DNA of 64,000 nucleotides from Raillietiella orientalis (Eukaryota), in the NCBI GenBank assembly GCA_036172245.1, contig JAYWIR010000002.1, forward strand, positions 620,001 through 684,000, given 5' to 3'. The notes beneath the pieces were generated by a model that saw only the letters and a list, made by a program, of their open reading frames with translations, ran no database searches and was not told where the DNA came from. Made by a program: the position numbers and the translations under genes. Below are positions 37,440-49,660 of this stretch, piece by piece; within the stretch, counting starts at the first letter, position 1; the number at the start of each line of letters is the position of its first letter.

Positions 37440-39360
37440 CGGGTTTCATTAAAAATCCCGAACGATCATAAAAGATCACCTTGACTACATGCAGTAATGT
37501 TTATATGTACTTATATGTAGATTAATATACAGATTAATGTATATTATAAAGGTTATGAAAAAGAAATGTATTTGCTCATTATCTGTATTAATGTATATAT
37601 TTACGTATAGATAAATGTACAAATTCATCTGAGCATACATATTTATTGATGCTCATTAACATGCATAATATTAATATAATACATTATATAGATAATGAAA
37701 AATGAATACATATTCTTATCATGAATATACCATGGAGTCCCGTATAACGCGGAGGATAGATTCCGCGTTATACGAAACATGCTCTGTCAGATGAATTTAT
37801 GAAAGTTTAAACATGTCTCTAAGTTCCAGTACCGATCGCCACTTAACACATTCGAAACATACGCCGTGCATTTCAAATGACTGTGCAAAAGATTGATTGT
37901 AGTTCGAATACAACAGTCCCTCAGATATGGAAAGAACTTGCAATACTAAACTGCACTGAAATAAGCAACTCATCTCTTGAGGAATTGGAACCTTCGACCC
38001 TGAACGCCTGTTGGAAAAGGTTAGGGCCAGATATCGTTACTGCAGCAAATCCTTCATCTTCATCAAAGGAAACAGATGTGAGTCTCTTAATAATTGCTGT
38101 GCGAAGCATCGGTGGAGATGGATTTGTTGGCATGGATGAGGCTGATACCACTGAATGAATTAATCACAGCCAGGATGCCGACGAAACCGAATCAGTAGAA
38201 TTAGCGCACCGTTCTGATTCCAGTGACGGTGAGGAAAGCTCAGCCCAGATCTTCCAATGGATCAGAGCAACACTTGAGTTCGGAGGCTGTAAAGAACCGG
38301 TTGGAAACAGCCAAGGCGCTAGAAGCATATTTTTATGAAAATGGCTCCTTCAGCAGAGCGCGCTCGATTGAATTTAAAGGAAAACTGAATGATGGTCTGT
38401 CTATCCCCATATTTGCAAGCCAAAATATGGTCCGGAAAAAGAATTGCTTTTCAATAATGATAATTACAAAGACGAAACCATGGGCTCTCCAGGCGATGCA
38501 TCTGTACGGCCAGCATGAAAAAGATGTCGCTGGAACTTATTCGTGGATACCTCCGATACTGAATAAACTTCAGACAGAGAGGTGTTTTTATTTCTGTTTT
38601 AATTAAAAATTGAATAAAGACATTTTCCCCTTATATCCTTAAATGTGCATTTTATAGATAAACCTTTACATCTTTTATAACTATTAGCCTCCCTGTGTAC
38701 ATACAAACAACAGGTAAGTGTATGCATAGTGCGTTTCCAAACAAAAAGTCGAAAAGTATGTCAAGATGTTGAAATTTATCTTACGCGTTATACGAAACTG
38801 CTGATCGCGTTGTGTGAGTACTAGTCGCAGTTTTTCGTCGTGTTATAAGAATTCGCGTTACATGGGAGAGCACTATACGGCAGTCCACTGTATGTACTCA
38901 TATATAGATTAATGTACATTATGAGTTGCCCATAATCTATCCTCGTTTCATTTTCAAAGCGAACGGCTGCAATGGTATAAATAAAAGGGAGAGCATTTCC
39001 CCACCTTCCTTCCTGGTCACTGAAGTTGTGTCACGAGGGATGCCACGGCAGGTTCCACCCGTCGGGACTCCCTGCAGGCTGCATTCCGGCGACGTCCCCC
39101 TTCCCGTCCAAGAACTGCCCCGGCGTCACCGGGTCCAAATCCAAGAGCTGCTTCTCTTGAGGTTGTCTCAAGTTTGGGGAGTCATCCGGTGACCGTCACA
39201 GCCCCGATGCTGCCCAGTGAATCTGTCAGAATAATTTTTTCCATTACTATGGTTTCCATGACTCAATAAACGAAACTTCCCCAACACAAAGAAAGGGTAC
39301 GGTATTCCCAGCGAGTGGAGAATTTCGGGATTAAATTAAATTTCGGGATTTCCATCGGCG
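37440..39360. mobile_element. AT-rich MITE-like element, copy 2, hosting a Tigger insertion
   Basis: The left end AAAATCCCGAACGATCA is the reverse complement of 35176-35192. Two TTTCGGGATT motifs at about 39323-39351 form a plausible right end. Confidence 0.45.
37730..38890 (+). mobile_element. Internally deleted Tigger/pogo DNA transposon
   Basis: TA on both sides. Degenerate TIRs CCATGGAGTCCCGTATA and (rc) CAGTGGACTGCCGTATA. Subterminal CGCGTTATACGAAAC repeats, and a 13-bp hairpin at 37741-37774. Residual TIGD1-like C-terminus: EELEPSTLNACWKRL...IGGDGFVGMDE. Confidence 0.85.
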
Positions 39361-40897
39361 CCGCCCTCTCTCAATACTCTACTTTGCCGTCAGCATCAAT
39401 AGATCAGGGTACAGTAATGATCCCATACAAGCAAGCAACCCGATCATCCCTAACTGCCAGCATCAGGAACAACCCCTTGCCTAGATGCATTCGTTCCCCA
39501 GCGTACTCGCTCTGTTACGAGCGACCTGATGTCTCAATTCAGAGCAACAGGTGGTCAGCATCCAGGGATCGCAGTAGGCAAGCCACTTTTCTCCTAAATC
39601 CCATCTGGATGAGAATGCTTGTTTGCTCATCCCATTCGCTTTTCCCACTGTGGATTCCCTTTTTTGATACTACAACTTGACTACAGCTACAGATCGTTCC
39701 GTATCGAGGAAACTAATTACTCCTAAATAATCAAAACAACGAGACAGAAACACGAGTTAGAAGAAAGCACCACAGTCACATGATGAAGAAAGTTAGAAAA
39801 CACGAGATAAAAGAAAACTACTTGCGGATTGCAGATTCTCGAGTCCCCTAATAGACCTCACAGGCGCCCATCCACGTAGGGCCCCTTTTGCCCATTCCTT
39901 GCCTGTATGTTGTCCATACGAGAATACCTAATTCCATGTTACAAAGAACTCTGCTCTTCAGAATACCTACATATGTAACTGTTGCTTTATTACAAATAAG
40001 AGGCACCGACACTGATTAAACGCTTGTGTTCAACCTTAACTACAGTCACATGATGCAGCAAAACTTCCAGTAATCACAGATTCAGATTACTCCTTACATT
40101 CGAAATCAAATACATCCAGAATCAGCCTTCTTGAGATCCATATGCATCATATCATAAAAACCAACGATAAATCAGACCCGTTGCCGGTGGTAGCCGTAGC
40201 GCACACGGTTAACCCTACAATCACCGCACGCAGTGCTGCCATATTGGCAACTCGTCGTGCTTCGCCCTTTCCGTAAGCAGAATGCTCCATTTTGTACCAA
40301 TTCCTGATTTCTTATCAAATGGTACGAAACAAACATCCCGATTATCAGATAAACATTCCACAATAATTAGCAACTAAATTTCGAATAAGTCCATAAGCTC
40401 TCCTTCGTAAGTATTAAGTAACTTCGCTCTGGATTGCATGTGTGCATATGGAGTATTAAAAACTACGAACCAAATCACCTCCTCTATGTAATTCCTCTTG
40501 GTTTTCATAAATCGTCATATTTTCATTCGTTCTTCATTGACTATTACATCGAAGAATTCTATGTATTCATAAATACTCTAAACACTTACGGTATCCCTGA
40601 ATAAAAGAGTCCCGATTCGATTCCCACTCAGCAATATAGATGCTACGTAAAATGCCAAGTACCAGTAGTCTTGTTTAGTTGAATAATAGTCACCTTGTAC
40701 AATGTTTTCGTGTTGCATAGTAGATCTAAATAACTATTCTCGTCTACTTTAGAAGAGGATGCAGGCGTTATTCGCCTCATCCTTGTCCAGAACGCATCAC
40801 AGCACAATGCATCCCGACGAGCTGAGCTCTAAATCCCTAAGGCATGCGGAGCACACCTGCAAAGTTATCGGGAGAGCTGGACGCGCGAAAGCCAAAC

Positions 40898-41400
40898 AGG
40901 GCTGGTAAAAAAAATCCCAAAGGATCGAAATCACGAAAGATCGTAAGAAACAAATATATGCATATATATATGTATGTTGCCATACGTATATTCCTATATA
41001 TATATTCTTTGACACATAGTTATATATTTATGGACGTATTTATATTTATGTATATATGTATTTGTATTGCCTACATATATTGATGTGTACATTACTTATT
41101 ATAACCCTAACAATGTATATTCAATCCATTTATCAATCTTTATATAAATATATATAACAAGCACGTATATTTATTTTTTAATAATCTTTCATATAGATAT
41201 ACAAATAATATCATCAGCAACTTATTAATTATGTGAATAAAATGCTTTAATATGTATATATGTTCGGACAATTACTGTTTATAATTGTATATGTTAATAA
41301 ATATGAATGACTGTGTATATTTGAATAAATCTACGTGCTGATCTGTGCAGAATGAGCACACGTTTTTATCTTTTGCTATCTTTCAGGATTTCGACTAGGG
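40898..41400. mobile_element. AT-rich MITE-like insertion, copy 3
   Basis: The left end GGGCTGGTAAAAAAAATCCCAAAGGATCGAAATCACGAAAGAT is an inverted homologue of 35150-35203. The right end is ATCTTTCAGGATTTCGA. Core similar to copy 1. Confidence 0.55.
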
Positions 41401-43800
41401 ACTGAAGATCCTTCGCGTCTGGGCGCCTCTGGCAAAGGTGCCACAGACGCGGAGAATCCTTTTTATTGGGGTAGGGGGAGGAGGAGGGAGGGGGCGCCCG
41501 TCCTCCGCCGAAGAATCCTCCCTCGAGACGCACCGACACCGACACGTTGGTTGGTCCCAAGCACTGGTTCTTCCGCGGCGCGAGAATGGGCTCGTAGGCT
41601 GCTCTGGCGAGCCGGATTCATACCCCACTCCAACCCTGCATTCGGGCGTCTCGCTGGCGGCGACTCCTCTCAGATTCGAAGCTCCGGCCCAGCGCAGGAG
41701 GAAGAACGCGTCCCACACTGTCTCTGGGGGTGCGGTCAACTCGCCCGCGGCCATCGACCCTTCCGGAAAGGGGGCGGCGGATGGCATGAGCGGCCCTGTT
41801 CCCGGGAAATCCCTCTGGACGCACCACCCTGGACGGAAAAAGCGACAGAAGTGGAGAGAGAGTGAAGTTACCGCCGCAAACCTGCGTCCTCTTTCCGACT
41901 GTTCCTTTCCCCGTTGGAAGGATTTTTTCCGGGGAGGGATTCTGGAAGAATGCTGCATCCTCTCGAAGACACCTCGGCGATCCCCGAGCCTCCGATAGAC
42001 CGACGCGGAAGCGCGGCTCCGTCTCTGGATGCGATGCTTCGTCACTCTTCACGCTTCGGGAGTCGAGACCCCTCCTCCCAAGAGCCCACGCACTGCAGGC
42101 CTTCCACAAAAAGTGAGACCTTCTCGACCTTTTCTTGGCCACTAAAAGCCCAGGGGCTCTCGGTGGAGCGGGGCGGAGGGAGACATGCCCTTCGGTCCGC
42201 CTAAGGAATCTCAGCATTCTCTGATCCACCTCTCCTCTCGGTGGATGCTGGAAAACCGACAAGGATCGATCCCTCGGGTGCGAACCGCCGGTGAGCTGGA
42301 GGTTCGGGAGGGGAGAGCGGGAGGCACCTGGAGAGAGTGGCGCGTGCAGCTCCCCCCAAGGCTTCGAGTGGATCATCGAAGGGAAGGGGGGAAGTCTCCC
42401 AGAATCTTGATCTGTGGCGAGGCTTGAGCTGCCCAGGGTGGCAACAGGGGGACAGCAGGGCAGGAGCGCCCGGACGTCCACGGTCTCTGTCCATGGCTGA
42501 CTCCGCGTGAGTGTTTTCTCCGCAGCTTTTTTTTTCCTGCAGGAGAAAGATACGCCTTCCAAAGGTCGCAGCTGCCACTCAGTAAAAGAATCTAGAAGCA
42601 CGCCTTGCGATGACCTTAAGAACCATCCGAAATGAAGGAGGATGGATGGGTAGACGAGTGGATGAGAAAGATACACTAGGAATGAGGTTTCTTCAATGTT
42701 GGTACGTTGCTTAGTGATTAGGAAGGGAGTGAAGCGTCCGTCCACTTTGCAGACGACATTCTTACCAAGAGTCGTGAGCATTCCGACAAAGTTGCGTGTT
42801 TGCGTTTTTGTTTTCTACTGCTGTTCCCATGAAGATTGCTAGCCTTCCTCCGTTCGAGCCGGTCCCTTCCGGTAAAGCATCACCGAGCTCTCACTCACGG
42901 AGGGATGGGAGCTTCCAGGAGATAAGGCAGGGTGATTTGGCACGCCGACCTCGACGCCGGGTTGTTTTCCTGTTGCTTCTTGCTCTCTGCTCCCTTTTCC
43001 CTCTTCTTGCTTCATGGGTCGAAATGGAGGAGTTCTGTTTCCTCCTTTCTGATGCAGCTGACACCCTTGGGAAAACCATTGTCCTTCCACTTGCACTCCT
43101 GCTACAGGACTTTCCTTTCATGGGCGACTGAGTGGTGGTTCAGCTGCTTTGCAGCCTCAGTTGGCAGGGTAATCCACCAGTTGGTTTCAGCCTGCGTTTG
43201 AGGTCGTGTAGCCATGGCGTCCTTGGACGGCACCCAGCGTCGGGGATGCAAATCACCTTCGTAAGGCATCGACACGTCGCAGGTTCCGAACTCTCTCGCA
43301 AGATCACTCTGAGATCACTGAAGGCTTCGGATTGCACACAGACTGGATTCTTCCTTTTGAGGAGCCGTGAGGTGGGAATGAAACCCCTTCATGGTACCCT
43401 CCGAAGAGGAAACAAGGGTAGTTCCCCTCCAGGAATTGCAAGAGCTTTAGGATCGTGACGGTGGAAGAGAGCCTTGTGTGGGGCGCTATCGAGTCGCTCC
43501 GATGGCCCCCAAGGGGCATGAAGCATCGGCTCTTGAGTACTTTGCGAACCAAAAAAAAGAAAACCGAGAAGTTGGAAGGATGTGGAAAGCAGCAAAAACG
43601 AACCGGGATTCCATCAATGGGGTGGAGGTCCACGCCGATCACTCCTCCTCGCTGGAATCAGATTTCGCCCCACCGACGGAACAATCCTGTTCTCCCTAGA
43701 AGGGAGCTGTGGTATACGCGCGCAGATTCCGATTCCCTCTGTAACCGAGAAGGACGAGTTTTTTTTTCCGCTCCGCCTGCTCTTTCACCGCGTCCCGTCC
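41400..43800 (+). mobile_element. Decayed L1/Tx1-like ORF2 (RT motifs at 43200-43710)
   Basis: PWRPWT (NWRPIT), QTGFFLLRS (QTGFxxGRS), SING (VNG), GIRFRPTDGTILFSL (GIRQGxPLSxxLFxL), in order. The 5' boundary is inferred from base composition. Confidence 0.5.
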
Positions 43801-43929
43801 TGCCCGGGTTTTCGATCTCTCCGAACGCATTTCTACGCTCCTCCCTGGCTCATTGCTTCCTCCCTGAATACATTTTTAAATAGCTGAGCGATTTCGGGTG
43901 ATGCCTTCGGATGCAGTGGCTGCGCAGCG

Positions 43930-44040
43930 GAGCGAGTCATCTCGTTCTGACAGAGACACCCACGGGACAAATGGCTGGCTATGCGTGATGCGCGGCGTGC
44001 CCTGCGCTAATTGTGTTGGGTACACTGCTCTACCACCGAA
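43930..44040 (+). mobile_element. LINE ORF1 (gag-like) zinc-knuckle remnant
   Basis: THGTNG...PCANCVGYTA resembles the HxTxxC...CANCxGxHxA knuckles of jockey/I-group ORF1. Confidence 0.35.
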
Positions 44041-44849
44041 TCAGAAACGCGTGTTTTTGAGAGCACGGAACAGCTGGATTTCGGAGGAAGTTTTTTTCTC
44101 TCTCTCTCTCTCCCTCTCTTGATTTTTTTTTTTTTTTTTTTTTGTGTTTCATTTCGTTTCGTTCTTCGCAGACTGCCAAGAGGGGAGATGGAACGAGTGC
44201 ATTTTCCTCTTTGGAACGAGAAGATGGCAGCGTGCCTTCTCCCGAAATCCAAGGCGCATGAGAACGGATCGCCGGTCTTCATCACGTCCGAGAAAAATCA
44301 CGTTCAGCTGACCTTCCATGGGACTCTACGAATCCTGTGGCGAGTAAAGCGGGTCGCTGTGTGTTTGTTGGAATCGGTTCGGTTAGCAGACGGTAAGTTC
44401 CCGCGGAGCTTGCTGGCTGCTGGAAGGAAAGGAAAAAGGAAGAGAATTTCGAGCTTCGCACCAGACGTATTAAAAGAATGGCCTTCCAGTGTGCTCCCTT
44501 AATTGTCTTCTGCCTACCTGTCGTTCCTCGCGTCACGAATTATTTTGCATCACCGAATTTCGTATTCAGAGCAGGCGTGTTCGTGGCATCGCGCTTTCCC
44601 GAGTGAGATTCCTTCTTGGATTTCCACAGCATCGAAGTCTTCGGAGAAGCCTATGCCTCTTGAGGATCCATGGAGCATCGTGCCGCAATGCCTTGCAGCT
44701 CATCGTTGAAATGCCCTAACGGGTTCACTCTACCGGAATCTCATCTTTCTAAGAGTGCTGATCTCGAATACCATGCGTTCCAAACTTCTTGAAAGAAATA
44801 AAAACGGAGCGAATCTGAGCGCCCCGCACAAACTAAAGGGACAGCAGGT

Positions 44850-45350
44850 CAGGTGCCATTATGAGCCTGATGGCTTGAAAGCCTTTACGCAGACTTAGTG
44901 CAAGAAAACTGAAAAAAAGAGTGGCAATAAACAAACATTATTGATCAATGCCCATTCCTTCACCGCTATCCATAAGATGTTGAGAAATCATCCATTTACT
45001 TTCAAACATCTTAAGAGCTTTGGATAGCCTCAAATCACCTCACGTCATGAACTGGCAGGGTAGTTCGTAGCTAATAAATGCATGCTGTTCTTGCCGAGAT
45101 GCTTGTTGATGACTGCATTTGTGGTTCATCTTGTTTTCGTCAGCGTGATGGAATTGCGTGGTCTCGATTCGCTCAGACTTCTGGATCCAAGATTGACTTT
45201 CAAAATAAGTTTCCATTTTTTTTAAAAAAAAACACCTCGGCATGTTTTAAACGAAAGGAGTTTCCGAAATCCAGCATCACACTGGATCCTTGCTTTCACT
45301 CCACATATCTCCGAACATGTTTTCCAAATCTGTCGCATCTGTGGACTTGG
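44850..45350 (+). mobile_element. Decayed hAT (Buster/Charlie-like) transposase C-terminus
   Basis: DGLKAFT (DKLKAF), then KIDFQ...KRKEFPKSSITLDPCFHSTYLRTCFPNL (EYPxLSxxA...PFxSTYLCExxFS). Confidence 0.55.
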
Positions 45351-46030
45351 TGAGCGATTTCTCTGACACCCACTCCGGAGAAAGGGGATTCCAAAGAAAG
45401 TTACAATGCTCTTGATTTGTTTGAAATCTTCGCCAAATGCCTTGTTTGTTTTCTCCGAGAGGACCCATGCAAAGCGCTGACTTCATCCCTCTCTCTCGTT
45501 GATTAGCTTCCTTTGTTGAACATTCCAAACATTTTATTCTACATTTTTCTCTCTCTCTGTCTTCTTTGTAGCGAAATTATGGCCTGCATCTTCATCATCT
45601 TTCTACGTTTTTCCAACTCGCATTCTTCTTGCTTAGCTTCGGTTTCCGTGGAGAGGAGAGGTCGAATTGAACTCATTCATTCGAGTGACTCATGGAAGGC
45701 TGCTGAGGAGGAAGCTGAACCCCTTTTGACAGTTCTTCGCTGCCATTATTCCTTCTCCTGCCCGGAACATCTCGGTCTCTGGCATCGATCCAGGAACCTT
45801 TACAGAATGCACCGTTCATCTCTCCAGAGAGAACATCAGTAACGCTGCCGCAAGCGTAGCACTCATGTCTTCAGCTAAGAAGAAAGAGAAGTAAAAAAAA
45901 ATCCCGACATCTTCGAGGTGTGTTATGCTGCCGTTTGTGTGCTTCTTGTCCTTGCAGGGCTGGAAATGTGCAGCGCAAGTGCCATCGCACGTTTATCCTC
46001 GTTGACCATTCATGCAGCACGGCGCCGGCC

Positions 46031-46220
46031 GAAAACGGAGGTAGCATAAGACGAAGCGCATGGGCCGCGAGCTTGAAGGAATCTAGGTCTACCTCCCAAA
46101 GAGCTTGTGTGCCTAAGACCGCAAGTCTTTTCTACCAAGACTCGATAGGTCTTCAATGCAACAGGCTAGCCAAGAAGCCTCGGCTGCCCTCGACACACGT
46201 CTAAAAAGCGGAACAAAGCG
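46031..46220 (+). repeat. Unclassified ~190-bp repeat; inverted partner at about 48565-48754
   Basis: Gap-free alignment to the reverse complement of 48565-48754, about 80% identical by hand count. Confidence 0.85.
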
Positions 46221-48564
46221 CTTGCACTGCAGTTCCACACGGTGGCAATGAGACTAGAACACCCAGAGACACATGTAATCTTTTTAAGTATTTCTCATCT
46301 TTGTTTATCCCTGCTTTTTTTCTTTTTTTTTTTTTTTAAATATCAGACAAGGGGTCTACAGCCTGGAGCTCCCCAATCATCTTACTTTTTTTCACCAAAT
46401 ATTTTCCTTTTCTCTTCTGTCAGTCCGACAAAATTGAGTCTCACAGAAAGAAGCAAATTAAAATCCAACAGCTCAAATAATTGTCATTAAAAATGGTGGC
46501 TGCCTACATCAACAGGCAAAAGTCATGGATCTCCCCTCCTTAAGCAGTGAAATTTGGGAAGAATTTAGTAGATGCTACTGAAAGAAGCCACAAGTAAAGG
46601 TGATGTCCTCCTCCTTTTTTATCTTTTTGTTTTCTATCTAAAGACTTGTCATTCGTACTTATCCGATTTGTACCGAGACTAAAGACTGAGCATCAGAATC
46701 GCATCACATTTAGGAAGAGCAGAAACCAAGCGACAAAGAACACAGTGCACGGGTGCGCATGGTACTTCCATCTTCTGCAATTGCTGGCATTTCAGTGATG
46801 TCAGCAGCTGGGAGTCCGTGTGCATCATGGATTACTTTGAAGACGCCTTTCAAGAAAAACGTCGCAGGCATTCTCATCCTTCGTGTCATTTTTCTCGAGC
46901 CGCTTCATCTTGTGGCTCATAGCTCTCTCACCAGCAAATAAGAGAGGGTCGAATACAACGAGTCTTATTTCATCCTGAGTCTTGCAGATGCCTCTCTAAG
47001 TTTGCCCTTATTTATTCTTCCTTCATACATGTTTCCTCTTTCTCCAACCCTGCAATGTTTGTTGCTTCGCGAAGCTCCCGTCGACTATCCAAGGAGCATT
47101 TCGTGCCTTCGAACCTCTTGTCATAGGCGTTCTGTTGACGTTGACTTTTAACAGTCCGCGTTCTTTGCGGAACTGCGTAAACAAACACACTTTCGTGATC
47201 ATGGGACGATGATCCAAATCCACACGCCCCCTTCTTCTTGGACTGTTTCCCCCCGTCTCTTGTTTTTTTCCTTATTCCGACCCTACTCTTCAAGTTGCTT
47301 CTCCTTTGCATCTCGCTTCGCTTCTCTGAATTTCGATGCTGAGTGATAGGATGGGAAATTTTCACGGCTGCTGTGCACAAAAAGGGATCACAGAATCAGG
47401 AAGTTTCTTATGGTTGTTTCGTGCTCCGAGCTACTGCTAACTTTGCAATCCAATCCATTGGAAAGACTTAAAATAAGGGTGCTTCTTTCTTGCCGTTGGT
47501 GGCATCCGCGCTTGACTGGGAGTGCACACATGTGATGATAACACATCTAACATACCGGATACTATCTATTTGCAGAAACTTAAATGAAAACAATTACTTC
47601 TTAACGTTAAAGAGAAAAATAAACCCTAATGATGGGTGAAAATTGGGGAAGACTGTTATGAGTACCTAAAGTCAATAAGTTAGAGGAATGATTATGTATT
47701 CGGAGACCTTATAGAAAAGCTATAAATCCAAACCCAAGGGGCAGCGACTGGTGTGACCGTGTGATGACTAAAGTAAATCCTTTCCCGATTCGGGTTTTCT
47801 TTTTGGTGATTCAATAGAAAGTTAGGAACAATTTGCAGCAGTAGAACAAAAGATCAGTGGCAGATAAAAGGAAGACATGCTTTAGATGCTGTCCGTTGGG
47901 ATTCGCGTACCAATCCCGTGCAAACGCTTGTTTCTCTTCTTATAGAACGGAGGTGCTAAAATGAACCTGTGTTGATGCTAACCTGTTGATCTTTGTGTTT
48001 TCCACGGGAAAGAAGACAATTTTTCCTCCTTAGAAAATTGGCACGATGGAGAATATAAGGATAGACTCTAGTTTGATCTTGCATCACTGCAAGAAAGCAA
48101 GCTTGCAACCTATTCCAGAATGACGGCTTCCACCTATCCAAATCAGTTTTGTCTTTCTGCGGTCCCTTTCACGGAGACTGCGTACTACCGTTCCTTTTAA
48201 TTCGACGGCTTCAAGTCGAAGCGCGGCGGAAAAAAATTGGTACACTTCACTTCCTGTGACTCTTGGGAACGTCGGAAGCCGAGCTGATGAACACAACGTT
48301 GCATCTCTGTGCTAGTAGTTGCTTTCTTTGGATACCCTTGCACGTAGCTGTTGAATACTTGCAGTGTAATCAACCTCTCGTAAAATTCATCTCTTGGTGG
48401 ATGGCTCGCAATTCTGCAAGGACCTGCCTTTCACTTTTCTTTATAATATCTTAGGATCATCATCTTTGTTTCAAATTTGGTGCTGATGTCTACTTTCTGT
48501 TGATGGTAGGAGAAGATCCGAGTGAAATGTTCCAGTTGAAACCTCTCGACTAGATCCCTATAAG

Positions 48565-48754
48565 CAATTCGTTGCGCTGCTTGGACGTGTGTCGAGGGCG
48601 GCCGACGCCACTTGGCCAGCCTGTTGCATTGAAGACCGATCGAGTCCCGGCAGGAACAACTTTCGCTCTTCGGCTCACGCGCTCTTTGGAAAGTGGGCCT
48701 GGATTCCTTCAAACTCGCAGAGCATGCGCTCCGTCTTATCCTTCCTTCGTCTTC
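48565..48754 (-). repeat. Unclassified ~190-bp repeat, inverted partner of 46031-46220
   Basis: Same alignment. The ORF-track peptides IRRSAWAASLKESR...STHV and IRRSACSASLKESR...STHV match. Confidence 0.85.
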
Positions 48755-48949
48755 CGTAAACATAAAATCTCTCGGTTTTATATTTATCGAGGAAATCATT
48801 CGTTTAATATTGGCAAGGCAAAGGAATAGGGAGGACTCATCTCTTAGCCAAATTTTCTTAATCTTTCGAAACTTCATTAAATTCATTCCTGTTGATTTCT
48901 CTTCTGTTTATATCCAGTTATTTAGACTGTTGTGTGAAACGTCAAAAGG

Positions 48950-49660
48950 CATTTTTAAAAATAATCACATAGGAAGGAAAAGGGGGGAAATTTTCGCTAG
49001 AATATTCCGGAACCCATTCGCTCACACCTTATTATACAATAAATCTTGTTGAGAGTTTCCTCTAGTGTGTGAAGCAGTTACTTCATAAAACCCTTCATAT
49101 CGTCGTGAGAGTATTTTAGATTCTACCACGAATTCCCACAAATCCACTGAATTTGGAGATTCGGAATTATCCTGTAGCACTTCTTCTTCATATATGCAAT
49201 CCTCCAAGTTCTTCAATTCGTTAAATCCTATACAAGAACTTTCATGTGAAAAATCATATCATCTCCATGAGCTCTTTGACACGAGCGTGTCTGGAGAAAA
49301 GAGAACAAAAACACAGAGTGAAAAAAAAAAAAAAAGCTTTCTGTGTTTCATCGAATACTGAAGTTACGAATTCATTCATTTTGAAATTACGGCTGTTTAC
49401 TCTTCCTCATTTTCTCATGATCACTCGAGGATCCTCCTTCGGGAGAATTTCAGGAAAGTTTTACAAATCTATCCTTAATTTTCTTCTGAAGCAGGAATTT
49501 GCTTTTGCATTAGATTTTCCCATGAAGTTGTTTTGAACATGTTCAGTTTGTTATACGCTTTGTTATACACCAATACAAATAACCCGAACAAGGCGTTTAA
49601 TAAGTAATCGTAGTAATTTAAGAAGTAATCGCCATCGTTCTTGAACAGCTTAAACAATCG
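48950..49660 (-). mobile_element. Possible second hAT transposase remnant
   Basis: KAYNKLNMFK (KAFxxKLxLF), DLWEFV (FWxxV) and CERMGS (CExxFS) in order. Weak. Confidence 0.35.

Noticed and set aside
39450..40300. CR1/L2-like RT remnant; similar faint TE-like motifs at 50600-51200 and 59400-59700
   Set aside because: Motif matches are too weak to call without a profile search.
271..44700. Long ORFs in the track (e.g. 1050..2390, 19604..20542, 27772..28815, 41618..42781) as host genes
   Set aside because: Low-complexity R/S/P/G translations overlapping in several frames, as expected in GC-rich DNA. The only recognisable motifs are broken TE motifs.
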